Source: Hyalangium minutum
Lineage (GTDB): Bacteria > Myxococcota > Myxococcia > Myxococcales > Myxococcaceae
Direction of reading: 5' to 3'
Assembly: GCF_000737315.1 (NCBI RefSeq)
Contig: NZ_JMCB01000003.1
Coordinates: forward strand, 682,001-746,000
DNA length: 64,000 nt
The notes beneath the pieces were generated by a model, which was given only the letters and a program-made list of their open reading frames with translations, searched no databases and was not told the DNA's origin. This document shows positions 8,153 to 16,326 of the stretch, piece after piece. The first letter of the stretch is position 1, and every line of letters begins with the position of its first letter. A program made the translations under genes and the position numbers.

Positions 8153-10261
8153 TTAGTCCCCTGGCTCTGGCTCGGGCTCCGAGGGGCCCGTCGAACCCCC
8201 TCCTGGCAGCGCCTTCTCCCCCCCCATGCGAGGGAGCATCGGGGTCTCCAACGCTTCCAGGATGAGCCGGTCATACGGAGCGTCATCCCCCACCGGCAGC
8301 TCCTCGATGAAGCGCGACTGGCGGAGGATGATCCGCGCCCCGTCTTGGGGGTTGGTCGTCAGCGGGTAGATCAGCGCCAGCTCGTCCTTGGCCCGAGTGA
8401 CGGCCACATAGAAGAGGCGCCGCTCCTCCTCTTCCTCCTCCGGGTTCCGGATGGCCGTGATCATGGGGAAGCGCCCCTCCACCAGCCAGATGACGAAGAC
8501 GGCCTTCCACTCCAGCCCCTTGGCCTGGTGGACAGTGGAGAGCGTCAGGAACTCGTCCGGCTCCTCACCGGAGATGGCGTCCTCGGCGGAGAACTCGGAG
8601 ACCAGGGCGATCTCGGACAGGAAGCGCGCCAGGTCCTCGAAGCGGCCGGCGTACTCGGCCAGCTGACGGATGTCGTCCTCGCGGCGCTCCTCGGCGGTGA
8701 ACTCGGCCCGGAGGTACTCGCTGTAGCCTCCCGTGAGAATGTCTTCGATGAGCTGGCCGGGGGTTCGCGTGGACTCAGGCCGGTTCACCCGGGCCATCAT
8801 CGCCGTGAAGCGGGTGAAGCCCGACGAGGCCCTCCGTGGCACGTGGCGGCGCACATCCGGGTGGCCCAGCCGCTCGTGGAGGGGCTGTTCCGGCGGGAGG
8901 GCCGCCAGGGCCGTCCACAGGGACTCCGCCGTCGCCTGCCCTACCCCGTTCACCAGCTTCACCACCCGCTTGAAGGCCAGCTCATCCCCCGGATGGGAGG
9001 CAAAGCGCAGGTGGGCGAGCACGTCCTTGATGTGGGCTTGTTCGAAGAAGCGCACCCCGGAGCGGACTCGGAACGGGATGCCCCGCTTGGTCAGCTCCAG
9101 CTGCAGCTCCATGGAGTGGCTGTGCGCCCGGTAGAGCACCGCCATCTCCTCCAGCGGCGTCCCCTCGTCCCGGAGCTCCAGCACACGCTGGGCGACGAAC
9201 GCGGCCTGCTCGTCCACGTCCTTCGTGGGCACCAGCACCGGCTTGGCGCTGCTGGCGCGCTCCGCTGTGAGCTTCTTGGTGAACTGGCGCTGGTTGAACG
9301 CGATGGAGGCGTTGGCCAGTTGGAGGATCTCCGGCGTGGAGCGGTAGTTGCGCGTCAGCGGGTACACGCCGCACCCCGGGTAGCGCTGGGGAAAGTCGAT
9401 GATGTTCGTGAAGTCCGCGCCCCGGAAGCTGTAGATGGACTGGCAGTCGTCCCCCACCACCGTCAGGTTCTTCCGCTCCCCCACCAGCAGATCCACCAGA
9501 TCGCCCTGCAGCCGGTTGGTGTCCTGGTACTCGTCCACCAGCACGCACTGGAAGCGCTCGACGAGCTGCGTGCGCACCGCCTCGTGCTCGGCCAGGAGCC
9601 GCTTGAGGTGCAGCAGCAGATCGTCGAAGTCCATCAGGTTCATCTGCAGCTTGCGCTGCTGGAAGCGCACCGCCACCGCCAGCACCTCCTCCGCCAGCGG
9701 CAGGAACTGCGGCCGATCCTCCACCAGCACCTGCGACAGCGAGCGCTGCAGGTTGATCGCCGTGGACACCAGATCCAGCACCACCTCCGCCCGGGGAAAG
9801 CGCCGCTCGCGGGAGATCTTCCGCTCGGCCACGCACGAGGCCATCAGATCCCGCGCGTCCTCCCGGTCCAGCACCGTGAAGGACTGGGAGAACCCCAGGT
9901 TGTGCGCGAACTGGCGCAGCAGCGTGTGCGCCGCGTGGTGGAAGGTGCCGCCCAGGAGCTTGCGCACGTCCACGAAGCCGCCCGCCAGCTCCTCCACCCG
10001 CCGCGTCATCTCGCGCGCGGCCTTGTTGGTGAAGGTGAGCAAGAGGATGCCCTCGGGAGGCACCCCGCTCTCCAGCAGCCGCGCCACCCGGAACGTCAAC
10101 GTGCGCGTCTTGCCCGAGCCCGCCCCCGCGATCACCAGCGCTGGCCCGTCTCCCGCCTCCACGGCCCGCAGCTGCTCCTCGTTCAGGAGCCCCGCGTAGT
10201 CGATCCGCAGAGACGGCTTCGTGCCCTGCGGGACCTTCAGCGTGTAGGTGCGAGTGGCCAT
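8153..10261 (-). CDS. ATP-dependent DNA helicase, UvrD/PcrA/Rep family
   Basis: Walker A AGAGSGKT, VDEYQDTN, GDDCQSIYSFRGA, NYRS, STVHQAKGLEW, EERRLFYVAVTRA. Confidence 0.95.
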   Translation of the reverse strand: MATRTYTLKVPQGTKPSLRIDYAGLLNEEQLRAVEAGDGPALVIAGAGSGKTRTLTFRVARLLESGVPPEGILLLTFTNKAAREMTRRVEELAGGFVDVRKLLGGTFHHAAHTLLRQFAHNLGFSQSFTVLDREDARDLMASCVAERKISRERRFPRAEVVLDLVSTAINLQRSLSQVLVEDRPQFLPLAEEVLAVAVRFQQRKLQMNLMDFDDLLLHLKRLLAEHEAVRTQLVERFQCVLVDEYQDTNRLQGDLVDLLVGERKNLTVVGDDCQSIYSFRGADFTNIIDFPQRYPGCGVYPLTRNYRSTPEILQLANASIAFNQRQFTKKLTAERASSAKPVLVPTKDVDEQAAFVAQRVLELRDEGTPLEEMAVLYRAHSHSMELQLELTKRGIPFRVRSGVRFFEQAHIKDVLAHLRFASHPGDELAFKRVVKLVNGVGQATAESLWTALAALPPEQPLHERLGHPDVRRHVPRRASSGFTRFTAMMARVNRPESTRTPGQLIEDILTGGYSEYLRAEFTAEERREDDIRQLAEYAGRFEDLARFLSEIALVSEFSAEDAISGEEPDEFLTLSTVHQAKGLEWKAVFVIWLVEGRFPMITAIRNPEEEEEERRLFYVAVTRAKDELALIYPLTTNPQDGARIILRQSRFIEELPVGDDAPYDRLILEALETPMLPRMGGEKALPGGGSTGPSEPEPEPGD

Positions 10262-10311
10262 GAGCCCTCGGACTCTAATGCCCACTCAGCGGGCGGGCAG
10301 GGAAAATCCGT

Positions 10312-12003
10312 TCAGTCTCCGCGGGCCGACAGTGCGCTCAGCCGCGCCGCCGCCACCGAACGGACCTGAGGAGAGGGATCGCGATCCCTCGCCAGTTCCA
10401 AGAGCAGCGGGGCCAGCTTCGGCAGCTTCGTCCCTACGGCCTCCAGCGCCGCCGTGCGCTCCTTCACCGCCTCGGTCAGGCGCTCGCGCACCTGCTGATC
10501 CCGGCACAGGCGCACGCTCGGGTTCTGCTCGCGCAGCAGCAGCTCCGCATCCGCCAGCCGCGCCTCCGAGAGCTTCACCGCATCCGCCGCAGCGCGCTCG
10601 AAGCTGTTGAGATCCTCGGGGAATTCCGTGGCCTCCTTGCGGGCCTGGGCGATGGCCTCGACCGCGAAGCGCGCATTCTCCGCCGCCGCGCAGAGCTGCC
10701 GGGCGGACGCCAGCGGCACCCCACCCTCCGAAGACACCACCTCCTCCTTCGCCAACCCATGCGCCCAGAGCGCCAGCTGCCGCGCCGCCACCGCCGCCGA
10801 GAACGACTGGCGCCGCTCCTGGCGGATCTTCACCCACCGGCGGAGCACCACCGGATCCGGGTTCCCGCTGTCGTAGGAGCGCTGGTACTCCGTCGAGGCC
10901 TGCTCCAGCTGCCCCGTCAGATCCAGCAGCGCCGCGATGGTGAGGTACACCTCCGCGCTCCCGGCGCGCTCGCGCAGGCTCTCCAGCCGCATCGCCACCT
11001 CGTACTCGGCCACCGCGCGCGGCAGGGCCCGCAGCACGGTCTGGAGGCTCTCCAGCGCGTAGAGGCGGATCAGCGGATTGCGAGCGGTACGGAATGCGTT
11101 GAGCAGCGGATCCAGTGCACGCACGGAGACGTGCTGCCCCAGTTCCTCCGCCGCCTGCCAGCGATCCAGCGGATCCGTCGACCCGAGCGCCTGCTGCAGA
11201 TCGCCCAGATCCCTCAGGTAGAAGCCCACGGACGACGCCTGGGCCAGCGGCTCGCGCGACGCCAGCGCCTCACGGGCTGCCTTCGCCCGGGCCAGCCGCG
11301 CCGGGAAGTCCGCCAGCTTCGGTCCCAGCGGATGCGCCTTCACGCGCGCCTCGGCCTCCTCGATGAGCCCCGAGACCAACAAGCCCTCCACCTCCATCGA
11401 GAGCAGCAGCGCCTTGGCCTCCTCGCGGTGTTGGCCCGCCGGGAAGTCCTTCAGGTACGCAAAGAGCTTCGTGGCCCCCGAGGCCTTCGCCTGGGCAAAC
11501 ATCTGATCATCCAGCCGCGTCTCCATCTCCTGCCGCCGGGGATCATCGCCCGCCTCGCGCAGGAAGGCCGTGAGCCGCTTCGGATCGTCCGCCGTGGACA
11601 GCTCCTGGCGCTCGGCCTCCGCCAGCAGCGCCCGGGCCTCCTCGCGGTGGGCTCCCTCGGGGTGCTCAGCCAGGAACTGCCGCCACGCCGAGGCCGTGCC
11701 CGCCTCCTTCGCGGCGTTGAAGCGCAGGCCCTCCAGCAGCGCGCCCGCCGCACGCGCCTGCGTGGCCTCCGGGTAGGCCTCCAGGAAGCGCTTGTAGGCC
11801 AGCACCGTGTGGAGCTTCTGCGCCTGCGTGAACTCCAGCTCCTCGAGGCGCGCCTGCGCTGGCTCGGCCATGTCGTCCTTCGGGTGCTCCCGGAGGAAGT
11901 CGCGGTAGGCCTCCGCCGTGTCCGCGTCCTTCGCGCGCTGGTACGCCTGGGACGCACAACCCGTGAAGAGCAGACAGACGGCGAGTGTCAAGAGCCTGGG
12001 CAT
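10312..12003 (-). CDS. Lipoprotein with helical repeats and a HEAT/PBS-like region
   Basis: Lipobox LFTG-C. About 5 repeats of the type A..A.T..AY..FL..HP. Later DPLDRWQAAEELG HEAT-like motif. Confidence 0.8.
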   Translation of the reverse strand: MPRLLTLAVCLLFTGCASQAYQRAKDADTAEAYRDFLREHPKDDMAEPAQARLEELEFTQAQKLHTVLAYKRFLEAYPEATQARAAGALLEGLRFNAAKEAGTASAWRQFLAEHPEGAHREEARALLAEAERQELSTADDPKRLTAFLREAGDDPRRQEMETRLDDQMFAQAKASGATKLFAYLKDFPAGQHREEAKALLLSMEVEGLLVSGLIEEAEARVKAHPLGPKLADFPARLARAKAAREALASREPLAQASSVGFYLRDLGDLQQALGSTDPLDRWQAAEELGQHVSVRALDPLLNAFRTARNPLIRLYALESLQTVLRALPRAVAEYEVAMRLESLRERAGSAEVYLTIAALLDLTGQLEQASTEYQRSYDSGNPDPVVLRRWVKIRQERRQSFSAAVAARQLALWAHGLAKEEVVSSEGGVPLASARQLCAAAENARFAVEAIAQARKEATEFPEDLNSFERAAADAVKLSEARLADAELLLREQNPSVRLCRDQQVRERLTEAVKERTAALEAVGTKLPKLAPLLLELARDRDPSPQVRSVAAARLSALSARGD

Positions 12004-12134
12004 CACTCCCACCATTATCCCACCGCTCCCCAAACCGAAAACCCAAGCCTCGACGCCCGGTTGTCTGGGTAGGTTTTTTGACGACACAGCCCACCGGCAC
12101 GACCATGTAGCAGGTGGACTTACACGGAGGGCAC

Positions 12135-12977
12135 ATGAGGAACATCGCGCTGCTGGCGGGGCTGGTGTGGCTGACGGGATGCGCTACGGGTGCCGCGAGG
12201 GCGCCGCTGGGCGGGCAGATGCTCTTCGAGAGCTACCGCTACCGGCCGGCGACTCCGGCGGCCTCGCCTCGTCCCATCCCCGAGTCCGAAGAGGACGAAG
12301 CGCCCCCCACCGCGATCGCCGAGGCCCCGAATCGCGATGCCTCCAAGCCGAAGTCCCCTCCTCGCGTGGCCAAGCCCGAGAAGCGCCGCACCCAGCCGGT
12401 GTCGAGCCCAGGCACGGCGAAGGATGCGCGGGAGACGGTGCTGAGCGCGGCGCGCGGGCTGGTCGGCAAGCCCCAGGTGAAGGTGGGCGGCCGCTCCTAC
12501 CCCAGCGACTGCACTGGGCTGGTGGAGGCCGTCTACTCGCAGGCGGGCATCTCGATGAAGAGCGGCTCCAAGCCCGGCGACAACGGCGTCACCGCGCTCT
12601 ACCGGTACGCGCTGAACCACGGCCGTGTCTACAACGGCGGCAAGCCCACGCCCGGCGATCTCGTCTTCTTCCGCGAGACGTACGATCAGAACAAGGATGG
12701 CCGGCGCAACGACGGGCTGACCCACGTGGGTATCGTGGATCAGGTGGACGCGGACGGCACCGTGACGGTGATCCACCGGGTGAAGCGCGGCGTGGTGCGC
12801 TACCGGATGAACCTGTCGCAGCCCAAGGTGGGCAAGGATCCGAACACGGGGAAGATCCTCAACGACACGCTGCGGGCTCCGGGCGGGGGGAAGGCCTTCG
12901 CGCGGACCGGGCAGCTGTTCGCCGCTTACGCCAGCGTGCTCCCCTCCCCCAAGCCGGTGGTGGTGGCGCAGCGGTAG
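12135..12977 (+). CDS. NlpC/P60-CHAP family cell-wall hydrolase lipoprotein
   Basis: GGAGG RBS and lipobox WLTG-C. DCTGLV, PGDLVFF and THVGIV catalytic motifs. Confidence 0.85.
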   Translation: MRNIALLAGLVWLTGCATGAARAPLGGQMLFESYRYRPATPAASPRPIPESEEDEAPPTAIAEAPNRDASKPKSPPRVAKPEKRRTQPVSSPGTAKDARETVLSAARGLVGKPQVKVGGRSYPSDCTGLVEAVYSQAGISMKSGSKPGDNGVTALYRYALNHGRVYNGGKPTPGDLVFFRETYDQNKDGRRNDGLTHVGIVDQVDADGTVTVIHRVKRGVVRYRMNLSQPKVGKDPNTGKILNDTLRAPGGGKAFARTGQLFAAYASVLPSPKPVVVAQR

Positions 12978-12980
12978 GGC

Positions 12981-13487
12981 TCAGGCCGCCGCAGCGGGCT
13001 TCTTCCCCTTCATCCGCCGCTCCACGAGCGAGGCCACGATCAGCTGCACCAGCCGCAGCTGCGAGCGCTCGAGCCGGCTCAGGCGGCGCATCAGGCGGCG
13101 GACCTCCGGCGTATCTCCCAGGCTTCGAGGGACCTTGAGGTCCACCCCCGAGGCCTTCGTCTTGGAGCGGCCCACGGGGGAGAACCCCAGCAGCTCATGC
13201 GGGCCGCTCTGGAGCGCCAGGCAGAGCCGGAAGAGCGTGGGCACGCTGGGGAGCAGCTTGCCGCGCTCCATGCGCCCATACACCTCCGTCACCGTGCCGA
13301 TGGTCTCGGCCACATCCGCCTGGGTGAGCCCGGAGCGCAGGCGCGCCATCCGCGCCGCATTGCCGAGCGTGGTCCGAATTCGCTGCTCCTGCCGCCGCAG
13401 GTCTCTCTGATGAGAGGACGAGGTGCGACGGCTGCCATTGCTTTGAGAGGATCCCGAGAGGGCCAGTGCTGTCTGAGTGCGTTTCAT
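12981..13487 (-). CDS. XRE-family HTH transcriptional regulator
   Basis: ARLRSGLTQADVAETIG...YGRMERGKLLPSVPTLFRLC. The 766-aa ORF in the track adds a spurious N-terminal extension. Confidence 0.85.
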   Translation of the reverse strand: MKRTQTALALSGSSQSNGSRRTSSSHQRDLRRQEQRIRTTLGNAARMARLRSGLTQADVAETIGTVTEVYGRMERGKLLPSVPTLFRLCLALQSGPHELLGFSPVGRSKTKASGVDLKVPRSLGDTPEVRRLMRRLSRLERSQLRLVQLIVASLVERRMKGKKPAAAA

Positions 13488-13584
13488 TTCACCTGCCTTG
13501 AGGACGACACAGGCAAGGTACGCCGGGCACTCGGAACAGGCCGTACCACCAAAGGAGTACGACCCACCCGTCGGGTCGGCTTCG

Positions 13585-14067
13585 CTAAGAGACTCCTGGC
13601 TCTGTGAGCGTGCGCACGAGCTTCTGGAGCGCGCCCTTGTCGAAGGGCTTGCGCAGCTCCTTGAGCACGTGCGCGCCCGCGAACTCCTTGTCCATCTTCT
13701 CCCAGGAGAAGTCGGAGAAGGCCGAGCACAGCACCACCGGCACCGAGGGTGCCACCTGGTGCAGGCGCCGCAGCGTCTCGTAGCCGTTCCAACCCGGAGG
13801 CATGCGGTAGTCCAGGAAGACCAACGCATAGGGCCGGCCCGCCGCCTGGGCCTCCTGCACCTTGGCCAGCCCCTCCTGCCCCTGGAACGCCGAGTCCAGC
13901 TCGATGGGCTCGCTGGAGTCCCCACCCGAGGACGGCGCTCCGAAGAGCGACGCCTCCATCTGCGACAGGTCGTCCAGGTCCTCCGCCTTCGGCGGACACA
14001 GGAGCCGGGCGAAGTCCTTGTGGATGTCCTCGGAGTCGTCGATGACCAGGATCCGCCGCTTATGCAT
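13585..14067 (-). CDS. Single-domain response regulator
   Basis: ILVIDD, LVFLDYRMPPG (phospho-Asp), LRKPF. Confidence 0.92.
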   Translation of the reverse strand: MHKRRILVIDDSEDIHKDFARLLCPPKAEDLDDLSQMEASLFGAPSSGGDSSEPIELDSAFQGQEGLAKVQEAQAAGRPYALVFLDYRMPPGWNGYETLRRLHQVAPSVPVVLCSAFSDFSWEKMDKEFAGAHVLKELRKPFDKGALQKLVRTLTEPGVS

Positions 14068-16324
14068 GAGAGAGTCCCTCCTGTTGTTCGGGGGTATAGG
14101 GGAGCTCCAACCGGAAGGTAGCGCCCTTGCCGAGCCCCTCGCTGTGCGCTGTCAGGGTGCCGCCCATCTCCTGGGCCGCGAGCGCGCTGGAGTGCAGGCC
14201 GAAGCCGTGCCCCTCCTCCCGGGTGGTAAAGCCGTATTGGAAGATGCGGGTGAGCATCTCCGGCGCGATCCCCATGCCGTTGTCGCTCACCTCGAGCCGG
14301 AAGCGCCCTTCGGCCGGAGGGGTCAGCCGGATCGTCAGGATCCGCTCGCCCTCGGGCCGTACCTCCAGCGCATACTTGGCGTTGCTGATCAGGTTGACGA
14401 GGATCATCAGCAGCTTGTGCTTCTCCGTGAGGACGGGAGGCAGGTGCGCCAGATCCCGCTCCACGTCGACGCCATGACGGGTCAGCGCGGCATGGTTGAT
14501 GCGCAGCGCATCCTCCACCAGCTCCGAGAAATCCACGGTCTCCACCAACTTCTGCGGCGTGCGGGCATAGCGCTGCTGCAGCTTGACGATGGTGCCAATG
14601 TGCTCGGTGTGGCGGCTGAGCTCGGCGAGCAGGTTCTGGATCTCCTGGCGCTCCGACTGCAGGTGGGTGCCCAGCCGCTTGAGGAAGGGCACGGCGTTGC
14701 GGCCCCGCTCGTCCTTCGAGAGGAAGTTCCCGAGATCGCCCTGGTGCTCCTCGAGCAAGGAAGCCACCTTCTCCACGCTGTCGATCTTCAGCCCGCCCAG
14801 CCGCTCCCGGGCCACCACCGCCGAGGTGAAGACGCTGTTGAGCACGTTGCCCACGTTGTGCAGCACGTTGGTAGCGATCTCGGCCCGGCCCACCTGCCGC
14901 GCCGTCTCCACCAACTGCTTGTGGACCTCCTGCAATTCCTTGGTGCGCTCCTCCACCCGCTGCTCCAGGCCCTCGTTGGCCTGCCGCAGAGCTTCCTCGC
15001 GCTGGTGGACCTCGTGGGCCATCAGCTCGAAGGCGTTGGCCAGCCGCCCCAGCTCGTCGTCGCGCGAGGACTCCAGCTTCACCTGGAAGTTGCCCGTCGC
15101 CACCTGGTCCGCCGCTTGCGTGAAGCCCACCAGCGGGCGGGTGATCTGCTGCCGCAGCACCCAGAACATGATGCCCAGCTCGATCAGCAGCGAGCACATG
15201 CCGAACAGGAGCACGTAGCGCGCCACCTGGAAGGCGGCCGAGGACACCACGCTCTCGGGCAGCACCGTGACGAAGGTCCACCCGGTGCCCTCCAGCCGCC
15301 CCACGGCGACGTACAGCTCACGCTCCGGCAGCTCCAGGACTCTCTGCTGGGGCTCACGGGCCTTGACGCGCTCGAAGATGGTGCGCAGATCCGCGCGCTG
15401 CGCCCCGGTGCCCGGCTGCTCGAAGACCTGCTCCGGCGGCCGGGGATCGTTCAGCAGGTTGTAGGGCGCTGCCCCGCTCTTCACCTTCAACAGCGGGTGG
15501 GCGATGAGCTGCCCGTCGTCCCGGAAGAGGACGTTGTAGCCGCCGGGCAAGTGGTCACCGATCGTCCGGTGCATCAGATCGGCCAGCAGCACGTCATGGT
15601 TGAACGTGGCGACATGGCGGCCGCCCACGTCCAGCGGCGTGGAGACCGTGACGAACCAGATCTTCGAGGGCGGATCCTCGTAGATGCCCGTCCAGAGGGA
15701 CTCCCGCTTCGGGTTGGCCTCCGGCTGCGAGAGCTTGAAGTACTCCATGGACACCCACGAGAAGGTGGGCTCCAGGTCCTGGAAGTAGGTCGGCCCCTCC
15801 GGGAAGTACCCAATGATTGGACCCTCCGGCAGCGTGACGCCGGTGCTCGTGAAGCGGACATGGAAGGCGGGCCCGTACTGGGAGACCACCTCATAGGACG
15901 CCAGGATCCGGCGGCGCAGCTCGGCGTCCAGCGGCACTCCCTTGGGAACGAAGACTCCTGGCATCTTCCTGCCGTCGAAGCCCTGGGGGTTGTTGCGGAT
16001 CGTCCCATCCGGCAGCGCCGAGAACAGGCGCTCGAAGGCGGCGGTGGGATCCTGCTGGCTCCAGGCCTCGAGCCGCTCCGCCAGGGCCTGCTTGAGGACA
16101 GCGTGGTTGTCCTGCGCGAGCACGAAGATGGCCTGCTCCCGCTGGGTGCGCTCGGCCACCGTCCGCTCCATCTGCACGAGGGTCTCGTCGCGGAAGGAGC
16201 GGAAGATATGGAGATAGCTGACCAACGTGGTCAGGGCGATGATCACCCCGATTCGCACGCCCATGCGGATGAGCGTGGAGCGAGCCAGCGACCCTGGAGC
16301 CTTGACGGCAGGCACGCGACTCAT
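14060..16324 (-). CDS. Sensor histidine kinase (TM-Cache-like periplasmic domain-TM-HAMP-HisKA-HATPase)
   Basis: Two TM segments, HAMP (RDDELGRLANAF), H-box VLHNVGNVLN, N-box NLISNAKYA, G boxes DNGMG and GHGFGL. Confidence 0.93.
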   Translation of the reverse strand: MSRVPAVKAPGSLARSTLIRMGVRIGVIIALTTLVSYLHIFRSFRDETLVQMERTVAERTQREQAIFVLAQDNHAVLKQALAERLEAWSQQDPTAAFERLFSALPDGTIRNNPQGFDGRKMPGVFVPKGVPLDAELRRRILASYEVVSQYGPAFHVRFTSTGVTLPEGPIIGYFPEGPTYFQDLEPTFSWVSMEYFKLSQPEANPKRESLWTGIYEDPPSKIWFVTVSTPLDVGGRHVATFNHDVLLADLMHRTIGDHLPGGYNVLFRDDGQLIAHPLLKVKSGAAPYNLLNDPRPPEQVFEQPGTGAQRADLRTIFERVKAREPQQRVLELPERELYVAVGRLEGTGWTFVTVLPESVVSSAAFQVARYVLLFGMCSLLIELGIMFWVLRQQITRPLVGFTQAADQVATGNFQVKLESSRDDELGRLANAFELMAHEVHQREEALRQANEGLEQRVEERTKELQEVHKQLVETARQVGRAEIATNVLHNVGNVLNSVFTSAVVARERLGGLKIDSVEKVASLLEEHQGDLGNFLSKDERGRNAVPFLKRLGTHLQSERQEIQNLLAELSRHTEHIGTIVKLQQRYARTPQKLVETVDFSELVEDALRINHAALTRHGVDVERDLAHLPPVLTEKHKLLMILVNLISNAKYALEVRPEGERILTIRLTPPAEGRFRLEVSDNGMGIAPEMLTRIFQYGFTTREEGHGFGLHSSALAAQEMGGTLTAHSEGLGKGATFRLELPYTPEQQEGLSHA

Positions 16325-16326
16325 CC

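Noticed and set aside
6417-8156. 579-aa ORF antisense to the Hsp70 gene
   Set aside because: Known artefact: the antisense strand of hsp70/dnaK genes gives long ORFs, often mislabelled NAD-glutamate dehydrogenase. It has no independent motifs.
12981-15281. 766-aa ORF as a single large protein
   Set aside because: Only the last 168 codons encode an HTH protein. The rest overlaps the kinase and response regulator in another frame.
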